This document shows, piece by piece, positions 50,274 to 59,796 of a stretch of DNA of 64,000 nucleotides. Origin of the DNA: Acidobacteriota bacterium (GTDB lineage Bacteria > Acidobacteriota > UBA6911 > RPQK01 > JAJDTT01); the NCBI GenBank assembly GCA_965263035.1, contig OZ253580.1:4352001-4416000 (forward strand). The letters run 5' to 3'. The notes under the pieces are model-generated. The model searched no databases. It worked only from the letters and a program-made list of their open reading frames with translations, and was not told the DNA's origin. Made by a program: the position numbers and the translations under genes. The stretch's first letter is position 1. Every line of letters starts with the position of its first letter.

Positions 50274-50318
50274 GAGGAGAGAGTAAAGAGGAGTGAGAAG
50301 TGGGAGAAGAATGAGGAA
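50274..50318 (+). repeat. degenerate purine heptamer tract
   Basis: GGAGAGA GTAAAGA GGAGTGA GAAGTGG GAGAAGA ATGAGGA. Confidence 0.5.
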
Positions 50319-50391
50319 GGGGGCGGGGCAAGGAGGGTTTCGTTTTTCTTTGGGAAATGCTGTCGGCTCGCGAAAATAGATGGATTCCAGG

Positions 50392-50420
50392 TTGACAGGG
50401 GTCTAGGAAATGGCCAAAAT
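50392..50420 (+). promoter_or_regulatory. putative sigma70 promoter of the TonB receptor
   Basis: TTGACA, 17 nt, CAAAAT. Confidence 0.45.
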
Positions 50421-50491
50421 GCCGATGTTGACCCAGGCTATTTCGGAAGGAATGGTGTATCCCAGGCTCAACTAACCAAACGTAGGGGGTC

Positions 50492-53400
50492 TTGATGGAC
50501 AGCAAACGATTGTGTCTCGCGCTGGTTCTGGTGGGACTGAGCTTCGGCTTGGCCCTGGGACAGGGAGACAGGGCCACGGTGGTGGGAACCGTCAGCGACA
50601 GCACGGGCGCAGTGATTCCAGGCGCCGAGGTGTACATGACCCAGGTCGCCACCAACCAAGTCCACTCCTCGCTCTCCAGCGACACCGGCCAGTTCGCCAT
50701 CGCGGCGCTGCCGGCGGACGTGTACGAACTGAGGGTCACCATGCCCGGCTTCAAGACGGAGGTTCGCTCCGGCTTGACGGTGGGCGTGGGGCAGACCTTC
50801 CGCATCGACATCGAGTTGAGCGTCGGTGAAGTGTCCGAGGTGGTGGAGGTCGCCTCCACCGCGCCCATTCTCAAGACGGAGACGGCGGAGTTCGGGCAGG
50901 TGATCGACAACAAGAAGATCATCAACATTCCGCTGAACCAGAGAGACGTCTTCGGCGTGTTGGGCGGGCTGACGCCCGGTGTCCAGCCGCTGCGCAACGT
51001 GGGCGGAGTCACCAGCGGCGTCGCGTTCAACGTCCGGGGCATGCGCCGGGCCGACAACAACGCCACGCTGGACGGCTCTCAGATGAGCGAGACCAACGGT
51101 TCGCTCCAGTTCTTCGCCAACCCCGACGCCATCCAGGAGTTCGAGGTCAAGAGCGGCCTCTATGGCGCCGAGTACGGCATCAAGCCGGGCGGACAGTTCA
51201 GCGCCGTCACCAAGAGCGGCACCAACGAGCTGCACGGCACCCTCTTCTGGTTCCACCGCAACGACAACCTGGATGCCCGGAACTTCTTCGACACCGGTCC
51301 CAAGAACGAGTTCAAGCGGAACCAGTTCGGCGCCGTGGCCGGCGGGCCCATCATGGTCCCAGGCCTCTATGACGGCCGTGACCAGTCCTGGTGGTTCTTC
51401 GCCTACAGCGGCGAGCGAATTCGACAATTCAGATCGCTGACCGCGACAGTGCCCACTCCGGCGGAGCGGGGCGGCGTCTTCTCCAGCACCATCATGGATC
51501 CCATGACGGGCGAGGCCTTTCCCAACAACACCATCCCCGCCAACCGGATCGCTCCCCAGTCCAAGCTGCTGGGAGACCTCTGGCCGTCGCCCAACACCGA
51601 CATCAGCCGGGGATTCAACTACACCAGCGCCTCCAACGCCCCCGGGGATCGGAATGAGTACATCGTCCGGATGGACATCAAGACGGGCGACGACAGCCGC
51701 TGGTTCGGTCGCTTCCTCTTCAATCAGCGGCCCATCACCTTCGTCAACGTCGTCGACGCCTTCACCGTCATCAACGGCCTCGACAACTGGGCCCAGAACG
51801 TGGTCAACACGCGAAACTTCGGACCCAGCGTCGTCAACGAGCTGGGACTGCATTTCTACCGGCGGCCCTACAATCCGGGCTTCCCGCCGGGAGGACCCGA
51901 TCTGGCCAACCAGTTGAACTTTCCCAACTGGCCGAAGCGGGGCGTGGACCTTCTGGGAACGCCGATAACCACCGTAACCGGTTATCCGAACATCGGTTCC
52001 CGTGCCAACCGAGGGCCCGTTCCCGAGGGACAATGGGAGCTCAAGGAAAACGTCAGTTGGACCAAGGGCAACCACTACCTGAAGGCGGGCTACCACTACC
52101 GGTACCACTACGTCTTTTTCGGTCTCGAGCGGCGTAGCCAGCTCAACTTCCAATCTCCGAACCGCTATGCAATGAACGCCTTGGCCAATTTCTACCTAGG
52201 GCATCTGACGGTGGCCCGAGAGGGAAGCGAGGCGCGCTTGAATCACAACTTCCCGGGCCACTACATCTATCTGCAGGACAGTTGGAAGGCCACTCCCAAG
52301 CTGACCCTCCAACTCGGCCTCCGTTACGAGCTGCGTCAGGGCTGGGAAGACAAGCGGGGATTCTCCACCAACCTCAAGGCCGACTGTGCGTTGGCGACCG
52401 AGAATCCGATTCCCGATTGCTATTCCCCCGCTCTGCTCAACCAGACTCTCGTGTTTCCCGAGACTGGCCGATTCGAGCCGGGAGTCAACATCTTCACCTG
52501 GACCAAGAACGGATTTCAGCCCCGCCTGGGGCTCTCCTACCGTCTGACGGACAGGACGGTGTTGCGTATCGGCGCCGGCCTCTACGGAAATGAGCCGCCG
52601 GGCGGCATGATGTACGGCGCGGCGGCCTTGGGCAACCCGAGGCCCAACTCGGGGCAGAGGGACTTCGTCGCAGATGCGGTGATCCCGAACCTCCATATCT
52701 CCAACCCCTACGACGAATCGATTCTGGTGGGCGCCACCGGCGCGCAGATCCTTCCCGGGGGTGGATATGAGGACATCATGCCTCAGTGGTATGTGCCCAA
52801 CTTCGGCCTGTCCTTCCAGCATCGTGCCGGCGAGAACAACATGTTCGAGATCGGCTACGAGGGTTCCCGCTCGGTGCACGAGATGCAGGTGTTCGAGTTC
52901 AACGACGCGGTCCCGGGTGAAGGCACCATCCAGTCCCGGAGGCCCTGGCCCTCCATGGGTCGGTATCACATGCTCCTGGCCAACGGAGACCAGACCTACC
53001 ATGGCTTCAATTTGAAATGGGAAAAGCGGCCGGGGCAGTACGGCTTGACCTCCCTGTTGGCCTTCAGCTGGGGCAAGAGCCTCGATACGACCGGCGGGCG
53101 CCTCGGTGTCACCGGCGACCCTCGCGGCGTGAGCCGAAACCTCTGGGAAAACAATTTCAATACCCTGAACCGGGGTAGGGGCGAGGGCAACATCCCCGTC
53201 CGGCTGGCTTGGTTGAAAGGTTGGGACATCCCCTTCGGTCCTGGCCGCGCCTTCGGTTCGGACGGCTTCTTCAGCCACATCTTCGAAAGTTGGAGCGTCT
53301 ACGCCATCACCACTCTCCAGAAGGGGCACTACTATACGGTGTCCACTGCCGATCTGCTGGCGGTTGGAAGTAATGCTTCCCAGCGGCCGGACCTGCTTCG

Positions 53401-53725
53401 GGATCCCAATTCCGGCAGCCGGCGGCCCGAGGAGTGGTTCCGGACGGATGCCTTTGCGGCGCCGCCTCCGGGCAGGTATGGCAACGCGAGCCGCGGCATT
53501 GTCGAGGGTCCCGGTACCATCAACTTCGACTTCTCGCTGCTGCGGGATTTCTATCTGGATGAGGAAACCCGGCTCCAGTTCCGGTTCGAGGCCTTCAATC
53601 TGACCAATCACACGAACCTGAACTCGAACAACAACACCTTCAACTTCAGCGCCGGATCTTTCGGCGCCATCGGTTCTGCGCTGACCGGAAGGCAGTTGCA
53701 GTTCGGCCTGAAGATCTACTTCTGA
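50492..53725 (+). CDS. TonB-dependent receptor with N-terminal carboxypeptidase-regulatory-like domain (acidobacterial type)
   Basis: Signal peptide; GTVSDSTGAVIPGA, TKSGTNELHG, RNDNLDARNFF, RQLQFGLKIYF. Confidence 0.93.
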   Translation: MMDSKRLCLALVLVGLSFGLALGQGDRATVVGTVSDSTGAVIPGAEVYMTQVATNQVHSSLSSDTGQFAIAALPADVYELRVTMPGFKTEVRSGLTVGVGQTFRIDIELSVGEVSEVVEVASTAPILKTETAEFGQVIDNKKIINIPLNQRDVFGVLGGLTPGVQPLRNVGGVTSGVAFNVRGMRRADNNATLDGSQMSETNGSLQFFANPDAIQEFEVKSGLYGAEYGIKPGGQFSAVTKSGTNELHGTLFWFHRNDNLDARNFFDTGPKNEFKRNQFGAVAGGPIMVPGLYDGRDQSWWFFAYSGERIRQFRSLTATVPTPAERGGVFSSTIMDPMTGEAFPNNTIPANRIAPQSKLLGDLWPSPNTDISRGFNYTSASNAPGDRNEYIVRMDIKTGDDSRWFGRFLFNQRPITFVNVVDAFTVINGLDNWAQNVVNTRNFGPSVVNELGLHFYRRPYNPGFPPGGPDLANQLNFPNWPKRGVDLLGTPITTVTGYPNIGSRANRGPVPEGQWELKENVSWTKGNHYLKAGYHYRYHYVFFGLERRSQLNFQSPNRYAMNALANFYLGHLTVAREGSEARLNHNFPGHYIYLQDSWKATPKLTLQLGLRYELRQGWEDKRGFSTNLKADCALATENPIPDCYSPALLNQTLVFPETGRFEPGVNIFTWTKNGFQPRLGLSYRLTDRTVLRIGAGLYGNEPPGGMMYGAAALGNPRPNSGQRDFVADAVIPNLHISNPYDESILVGATGAQILPGGGYEDIMPQWYVPNFGLSFQHRAGENNMFEIGYEGSRSVHEMQVFEFNDAVPGEGTIQSRRPWPSMGRYHMLLANGDQTYHGFNLKWEKRPGQYGLTSLLAFSWGKSLDTTGGRLGVTGDPRGVSRNLWENNFNTLNRGRGEGNIPVRLAWLKGWDIPFGPGRAFGSDGFFSHIFESWSVYAITTLQKGHYYTVSTADLLAVGSNASQRPDLLRDPNSGSRRPEEWFRTDAFAAPPPGRYGNASRGIVEGPGTINFDFSLLRDFYLDEETRLQFRFEAFNLTNHTNLNSNNNTFNFSAGSFGAIGSALTGRQLQFGLKIYF

Positions 53726-53746
53726 TCCAGGTTCCAGTCGATGTCC

Positions 53747-53784
53747 AAAAGCGCGCCTGCCATTGCGGCGGGCGCGCTTTTTTT
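53747..53784. terminator. intrinsic terminator, probably bidirectional
   Basis: AAAAGCGCGCCTGCC ATTGC GGCGGGCGCGC TTTTTTT between convergent genes. Confidence 0.88.
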
Positions 53785-53810
53785 GTTGGAGAGGGAGTGC
53801 GAGATCCTGC

Positions 53811-54587
53811 TCAGGCGCAGTAGCCGCCGTCCAGCAGTATGGTGTGCCCGGTGACGTAGGCGGAAGCCTCGGAGGCCAGGAAAACCACCGATCCCTTGAT
53901 GTCGTCGTATTGAGCCATGCGGCCCAGGAAGGTGTTGCTGCAGTACTGGGAGTAGAAGGGCTCGCTCTCGTCGCCGAGAGCCAGGCCTCCGGGGGCGATG
54001 GCATTGACCCGGACCCCTCTGGGTCCGGCCCAGGCAGCGAGATACTTGGTCAGGCCGATCATCCCATGCTTGTTAAAGTGGTAGTCGGGGGGCGTTGTCA
54101 TGCCGGTGCCGGCGTAGTTGGTGAAGTTGGGGGCAACCACTGACTGGATGGAGCCGATATTCACTATGGTTCCTAGTCCCCGTTCCATCATCCGGTCCAC
54201 GAAGGCCCTGGAGATCGCGAAGACGCCGGTGGCATTGATCGCCATGGATCGCTCCCAGGCCTGTAGGGGATCGGTGTAGGCTCTCATGGGCCGCGCCACC
54301 GAGTTGTTGACCAGAACGTCGATGGCGCCGAACTGCTTCCAGACCCGCTCGCAGAAGTCGAGGATGGACGACTCGCTTCCCTGGTCGAATCCGTCGCCGC
54401 TGGCGGAGAGGCCCCTCCCCTCCAGCTTCGATGCCCAGTCCCGGCAACGCTGCCGGTTTCTGGAGGCGATGACGACGTGGGCTCCGGCCTCGGCCAGACC
54501 CTCGGAAATGGGCTTGCCGTAGAATCCGGCGCCGCCGGTGACGACCGAGATCTTGCCGCTGAGATCCAACAACTGCTTGACGTTCAT
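53811..54587 (-). CDS. SDR oxidoreductase (gluconate 5-dehydrogenase-like)
   Basis: TGGAGFYG, YHFNK, RVNAIAPGG, TGHTILLDGG. Confidence 0.88.
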   Translation of the reverse strand: MNVKQLLDLSGKISVVTGGAGFYGKPISEGLAEAGAHVVIASRNRQRCRDWASKLEGRGLSASGDGFDQGSESSILDFCERVWKQFGAIDVLVNNSVARPMRAYTDPLQAWERSMAINATGVFAISRAFVDRMMERGLGTIVNIGSIQSVVAPNFTNYAGTGMTTPPDYHFNKHGMIGLTKYLAAWAGPRGVRVNAIAPGGLALGDESEPFYSQYCSNTFLGRMAQYDDIKGSVVFLASEASAYVTGHTILLDGGYCA

Positions 54588-54611
54588 GACAGCGGGTACT
54601 TATATCACCTT

Positions 54612-55889
54612 ATGCCTCCGGTGCGGAGTCCGAATTCCATCGCCAGAACGGTGGCCGGAAGAGCCGTTTCGGCGACCCTGATAATGTTGTCCGTTGCCGG
54701 GTTCGTCTCGGGTGAACAGGGTCGGCGCCCCGCGCAACCCGAAAAGACGACGGCCCGGAAGCTGGCCGCGCAGTACGGCTGGCCCTACGTGGCCGGGCAC
54801 CCGGGACTCTCTCGCCAAGAGGTCGTTTTTCCCCGGATCCAGGGGTTTTGGGTGATCAAGGCAGATCTCCACATTCACACCATCTACTCCGACGGCCAGG
54901 TCCTGCCCGAGACTCGAGTCTGGGAAGCGTGGCGGGATGGACTGGATCTGCTGGTCATCACCGATCATCCTGAGTACCTGACGCTGGCTCTGCCCCAGGA
55001 CCGCGATCGGGCCTACGGCCGAGCCCTTCCGCTGGCCCGGGCCCTGGGTCTGTTGTTGGTTCGTGGAGCCGAGTTGACGACCATTTCGGGACCCCAATAC
55101 ACGGATGAGGACTCGGATCACGTGGTCGCGTTCATTCAGGACGAGAGTCCCTTTTTCAACGACTTCGACACGGCGGTCCGGTCGGCCCGAGAGCAGGGAG
55201 CCGTCATCATCTGGGCCCATCCCGGCCCTCGATGGGCCCGTGACGCCAAGCGGCTATTGGAGTTGGGGTGGCTGGACGGGATCGAGTTGAGGAACGGTGG
55301 CCGAAGAGGTGGGAAGGGGATTGAATACCACCGGGGGGAACCCGTCTTCTCCCGGGTGATGGACTGGTGTCTCAAGCACGACTTGGCCGTCATCGCCTCG
55401 TCGGACGCTCACTGGCCCATCGACCAGATCGTGGACCGGAGCCGGGGAGAACGACGGGAGATGACGTTGGTCCTGGCCAAGAGCCGGGACGAGAAGGCGA
55501 TCCGAGAGGCGATCAAGGCCCGCCGTACCCTGGCCTATTTCGGTGAGATGATCTGGGGCAGGGAAGAATGGCTCCGGGCTCTGGCGGAGAGCGCACTCGA
55601 TTTCAGTCTTACCCCCAGCGTCCAAAATGACCGGAAACGGCATTATCTGTCGGTTGCCAATACTTCATCCTTCCCGTTTCGGCTCAGGGTGTCCAGGTTC
55701 GAGGAGGAGGAGCCTTCGGGTCAACGTGAGTTTCGCATTACGGAAGAAGGTCAGACCCTGGCTCCCATCAAGGTGAACGAAGGAGAAACGGGCGTCCGAC
55801 TCCGCATCACCGTCACCAACCTTCTTTCCGGCGTCGACCGACCGCTCGTCCTGGAGAGAAGCCTGCAGGATTCGGGAGAAGCACCATGA
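54612..55889 (+). CDS. exported PHP-domain metallohydrolase
   Basis: DLHIHTIYSDG, ITDH, WAHP, SSDAH. Confidence 0.87.
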   Translation: MPPVRSPNSIARTVAGRAVSATLIMLSVAGFVSGEQGRRPAQPEKTTARKLAAQYGWPYVAGHPGLSRQEVVFPRIQGFWVIKADLHIHTIYSDGQVLPETRVWEAWRDGLDLLVITDHPEYLTLALPQDRDRAYGRALPLARALGLLLVRGAELTTISGPQYTDEDSDHVVAFIQDESPFFNDFDTAVRSAREQGAVIIWAHPGPRWARDAKRLLELGWLDGIELRNGGRRGGKGIEYHRGEPVFSRVMDWCLKHDLAVIASSDAHWPIDQIVDRSRGERREMTLVLAKSRDEKAIREAIKARRTLAYFGEMIWGREEWLRALAESALDFSLTPSVQNDRKRHYLSVANTSSFPFRLRVSRFEEEEPSGQREFRITEEGQTLAPIKVNEGETGVRLRITVTNLLSGVDRPLVLERSLQDSGEAP

Positions 55890-58753
55890 GTTTTGCGTGC
55901 CGCGGCATGGCTTTCATCGCTTTAGTGGGACTCATGGCGGCGTGTGCTCCTCCGGCACAGACTCCCCAGGTATCTACACAGGAAGGACGGGAAGTCTGGA
56001 GGGAGTCCAGTTTCAACGATTTTGCCGACGGGGTCCTGACCGACGGCGGGGCCAACACCTATGTCGGTGCCGACGGCAGCATCCGGCTCATCAACGAGTT
56101 GGACCTGAACCAGGACGGCCTCATCGACCTGGTCCTGCCGGGGAGCCACGACAACAACTTCGACATGAACGCATGGATCTACTGGGGGCGAGATGAGTTC
56201 GGCACATCGGGCCGAACCGCGCTCCCCGGGGAAGGCGGTCAGGACGTGGCCGTTTCGGACCTCAATCGAGACGGTTATCCGGACCTGGTGGTGGCCAAGG
56301 GCTACAACGGCACCCGCACCGAGAACCGGTCGGCGGTTTACTGGGGGAATGAGTCGGGATTCGATGCCGAACGCAGGGCCGACCTGCCAACCGTCTCGGC
56401 CCAGGCCGTGGCCACCGGAGATCTGAACGGAGACGGTTTCCCGGAAGTTGTCTTCGCCAGCAACGGCCTCTCCTACCAGTTCACTCGGGAGGGGAACGAC
56501 TTCAGCGTGGTGCGACCCGTTTCAGACATCTACTGGGGGTCGGGGGACGGCTACTCTCCCCGCCGAACCACGCAGCTGCCCACCCGTTTCGCCCGCGACG
56601 TGGCCATTGCCGACCTGAACCGGGACCGCGCGCCCGATCTGGTTTTCGCGGTTCAGGACTACAAGGGCGATCCGGGTGGAGTGCTGGTCTACTGGGGATC
56701 CGAATCCGGCTACTCGGCGGCTGCCTCCCTTTGGCTGGAGGGGTTGGGAAGCGTGGCCGTGGTTGCCGCCGATTTGAACGAAGACGGCTGGCTCGATCTG
56801 GCCGTGGCCAACGAGACGGCGCCCGGCGTCGACGACGATGCCGGAGGGATCGCGGTCACCCCGATTCCCTGTTACGTCTACTGGGGGGCTTCCCAGGGAT
56901 TCGATGCCGCCCGGCGGACCGAGTTGCCCGGCTGGAGAGCCCGGGGCATCGAAGCCGCCGATCTCGACCGGGATGGGCACCCGGATCTGATTCTGTCCAA
57001 CCAGGCGGGCCATGCGTCCTTCATCTACTGGGGCTCGGCCGGTGGGTACCGGCCCCATTTGAGGACCGCCCTGCCGACGTTGTCCGCCAGTGCCAGCGCC
57101 GCCGCGGATCTGAACGGGGACGGCTACCCGGATCTGGTCTTCGCCAACGAGAAGAGCGACGAGAGCTACGACGTCTCCTCCACCGTCTACTGGAACGGCC
57201 CCGGCGGGTTCGATCCCTCTCGCCGGCTGGATTTGCCGACTCGGGGCGCGTTGTCGGTGGCAAGCGGCGACCTGGACGGCGACGGCAAGGGCGATCTGGC
57301 CTTCGCCAACAGCAAGGACGGCTTTGCTTCCGACAAGGCGCCCAATGCCTATGTCTATTGGGGCCGGCCCGAGGGGGACTACTCTCCCGAGGAGCGCTGG
57401 ACCTTGCCCTACTCCGGCCTGAGCGCGGCCAACATCGCCGACCTCGACCGGGACGGCCGGACCGACCTGGTGCTGGCGGGCCAGATCGACATCCTCTGGG
57501 GGACGCCGGACGGACTCTCCCGGACCGATACCACCCACCTTCCGACTCGGCGAGGCTTCAGCGTGGTGGTGGCGGACTTCAACCGGGACGGCTACCTGGA
57601 CCTGAGTCTCAGCGAGTGGACTCACGGCCGGGACGAGATGAGCCTCTTCTGGGGCGGCCCCAACGGGTACCGCATGGACAACCGCTTCATCCTCAAGTTT
57701 CCCGACGTTCGGCTCCACAAGGCGGCGGACCTGGACGGCAACGGCTATCTCGACCTTCTGTTCACCGGGACCAGCGACCGTGTCGCCATCTTCTGGAACG
57801 GCCCCGGTGGATTCGACAACCGGAACGTTCAATTCCTGCCCTCCAAGATGGCCGTTGGGGCCGAGATTGCGGACCTCAACTCCGACGGCTATCTGGACGT
57901 GGTGATCTGCAATCTGTACGACCTGGAGAAGCTCCGGACGGACGAGGGGGAACGCGCCATCGATGCCGAGCCCCAAGCGGCTCCTTTCGCCGCCGGCACC
58001 GCCGTCTACTGGGGAGGGGAAGCGGGATTCTCGGAAGACCGCATGTTGCTCCTGGACACGGTGGGGAGCGAGGATGCTTCCATCGCCGACCTGAACCGGG
58101 ACGGACACCTGGACCTGGTGGTTTCCAGCTACCACGCCGGCGTGAATCGACACCACCCGTCCTACGTCTTCTGGGGCAACAAATCGGGACTCGACCCGGA
58201 TCCGCTCCTGTTGCCCACCGATTCCGCCTCCGGCGTGATGGTAGCCGACTACAACCGGGACGGGCACGAAGACATCTTCTTCATCTGCCATACCAAGGGC
58301 GGAAACCACCGCACGGGCTCGTTCCTCTATTGGGGTTCGGACGCGGGATATTCGGCTGACAGGCGGCTCCTGGTTCCGACCCGGGGAGTGCACTGGGCGA
58401 TTCATCACGATGTGGGAAACGTCTATGATCGGTCTCCCCGATACAATTACGTTTCCTCGCCGTTCCGTCTGCCCGGGAAGAGCCAAGTCGAGACCCTGAG
58501 CTGGAAGGCGGGAACGCCGGATGAGACCTCGGTTCAATTCCAGGTCCGGGGTTCCGAGACGCGGGAGGGTCTGGGTGCTTCCGAGTGGTGCGGTCCCGAC
58601 GGGCCGGGAAGCTACTACACTCGATCGGGTGCCGGTTTGGATGCGCTCGGGGACAAGAACCGTTGGATTCAGTACAAGGCGACGCTGGTTTCGCCTGGCG
58701 GCGTCAACTCCCCAGTTTTGGAAGAGGTGGAGATAAACTACCGGAGCGAGTAG
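55886..58753 (+). CDS. FG-GAP/VCBS repeat lipoprotein
   Basis: LMAAC lipobox; 14 D-x-(N/D)-x-DG-type repeats. Confidence 0.9.
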   Translation: MSFACRGMAFIALVGLMAACAPPAQTPQVSTQEGREVWRESSFNDFADGVLTDGGANTYVGADGSIRLINELDLNQDGLIDLVLPGSHDNNFDMNAWIYWGRDEFGTSGRTALPGEGGQDVAVSDLNRDGYPDLVVAKGYNGTRTENRSAVYWGNESGFDAERRADLPTVSAQAVATGDLNGDGFPEVVFASNGLSYQFTREGNDFSVVRPVSDIYWGSGDGYSPRRTTQLPTRFARDVAIADLNRDRAPDLVFAVQDYKGDPGGVLVYWGSESGYSAAASLWLEGLGSVAVVAADLNEDGWLDLAVANETAPGVDDDAGGIAVTPIPCYVYWGASQGFDAARRTELPGWRARGIEAADLDRDGHPDLILSNQAGHASFIYWGSAGGYRPHLRTALPTLSASASAAADLNGDGYPDLVFANEKSDESYDVSSTVYWNGPGGFDPSRRLDLPTRGALSVASGDLDGDGKGDLAFANSKDGFASDKAPNAYVYWGRPEGDYSPEERWTLPYSGLSAANIADLDRDGRTDLVLAGQIDILWGTPDGLSRTDTTHLPTRRGFSVVVADFNRDGYLDLSLSEWTHGRDEMSLFWGGPNGYRMDNRFILKFPDVRLHKAADLDGNGYLDLLFTGTSDRVAIFWNGPGGFDNRNVQFLPSKMAVGAEIADLNSDGYLDVVICNLYDLEKLRTDEGERAIDAEPQAAPFAAGTAVYWGGEAGFSEDRMLLLDTVGSEDASIADLNRDGHLDLVVSSYHAGVNRHHPSYVFWGNKSGLDPDPLLLPTDSASGVMVADYNRDGHEDIFFICHTKGGNHRTGSFLYWGSDAGYSADRRLLVPTRGVHWAIHHDVGNVYDRSPRYNYVSSPFRLPGKSQVETLSWKAGTPDETSVQFQVRGSETREGLGASEWCGPDGPGSYYTRSGAGLDALGDKNRWIQYKATLVSPGGVNSPVLEEVEINYRSE

Positions 58754-58791
58754 GCGGCGTACTTCGAAACACCTTGGGGAGAAACATCCTT

Positions 58792-59715
58792 ATGGACAGG
58801 GAACTGCTGACCTGGTTCAACGGCCGGCTGGTTCCGGACTCGGAGGTCCGGATCCATCACACCGACTCCGGATTCAGTTTCGGCCACAACGTGACCGACT
58901 CGGCCCGGACCTTCGGGTACCGTTCCTTCAAGCTGAAGGAGCACATTCGCAGGTTTTACCTCTCCATCTCGGTGGCCCGGATCAATCCCGGCATGACTCC
59001 GGAGCGGATGGAGGAGATCGCCCTGGAAGTGCTGGAGGCCAATCTTCCCGTCCTGGATCCCGACGGGGACGTCTGGATCACGCAGACCGCCACGGGTGGA
59101 AGAATGCGCAGCACCATCGGACGCTTCGAGTTCGACCGCCCCGGCCTGCTCATCGCCACACTTCCGCTGGGATTCGCCGACTACGCCCACCTCTACGAGC
59201 AGGGGGTCCACGCCGTGACTCCGTCGACCCGGCACATCCCGCCCCAGTCATTGGACGCCAAGCTCAAGCACCGGAACCGGATCTTCTTCACCCTGGCCGA
59301 GTTCGAGGTCAAGGAGGTGGATCCCGAGGGCTTCTCCCTGCTCCTGGATATCGACGGCAACGTGACGGAGAACAAGGGAGCCAACTTCTTCATCTACCGG
59401 GACGGCTGTTTGAGAACGCCCACGACCCGCAACGCCCTGGAAGGCGTCAGCCGGGCCACGGTGTTGGAGTTGGCCCGGGAGGAAGGGATTCCCGCGGTGG
59501 AGGAGGATTTTCAGCCCTACCATGTGACCACCGCGGAGGAGGCCTTCTTCTGCAGCACCTCCTACTGCATGCTCCCGGTGACGCGCTACAACGGCAATGT
59601 ACTGGGTGAGGGCAGGCCGGGTCGCGTCTATCGCCGGCTGCTCGATGCTTGGAGCCGGAGAGTGGGAATGGATATTCCGGAACAGGCGTTGCGTCAGGCG
59701 GGAGCGGCCGTATAG
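58792..59715 (+). CDS. aminotransferase class IV (IlvE/PabC-like)
   Basis: WFNG, EHIRRF, AKLKHRNR, ENKGANFF, LEGVSR, EAFFCST. Confidence 0.88.
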   Translation: MDRELLTWFNGRLVPDSEVRIHHTDSGFSFGHNVTDSARTFGYRSFKLKEHIRRFYLSISVARINPGMTPERMEEIALEVLEANLPVLDPDGDVWITQTATGGRMRSTIGRFEFDRPGLLIATLPLGFADYAHLYEQGVHAVTPSTRHIPPQSLDAKLKHRNRIFFTLAEFEVKEVDPEGFSLLLDIDGNVTENKGANFFIYRDGCLRTPTTRNALEGVSRATVLELAREEGIPAVEEDFQPYHVTTAEEAFFCSTSYCMLPVTRYNGNVLGEGRPGRVYRRLLDAWSRRVGMDIPEQALRQAGAAV

Positions 59716-59796
59716 GAGCGGGGGTTTGTAACCCCCGTCTTCGGCCTTGGACATGTTGGCGTGGAAGAATGGGGGACAGAATGTCCCCCCTCCTAC
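59712..59796. repeat. REP-like inverted hairpin doublet between convergent genes
   Basis: ATAGGAG CGGGGGTT TGT AACCCCCG (+, 59712-59737) and GTAGGAG GGGGGACA TTC TGTCCCCC (-, 59771-59796). Confidence 0.7.

Noticed and set aside
55886-58753. CRISPR or DNA-level tandem array suggested by recurring GACCTGAACCGGGACGG
   Set aside because: Codons of FG-GAP protein repeats; irregular spacing, in frame, no cas genes
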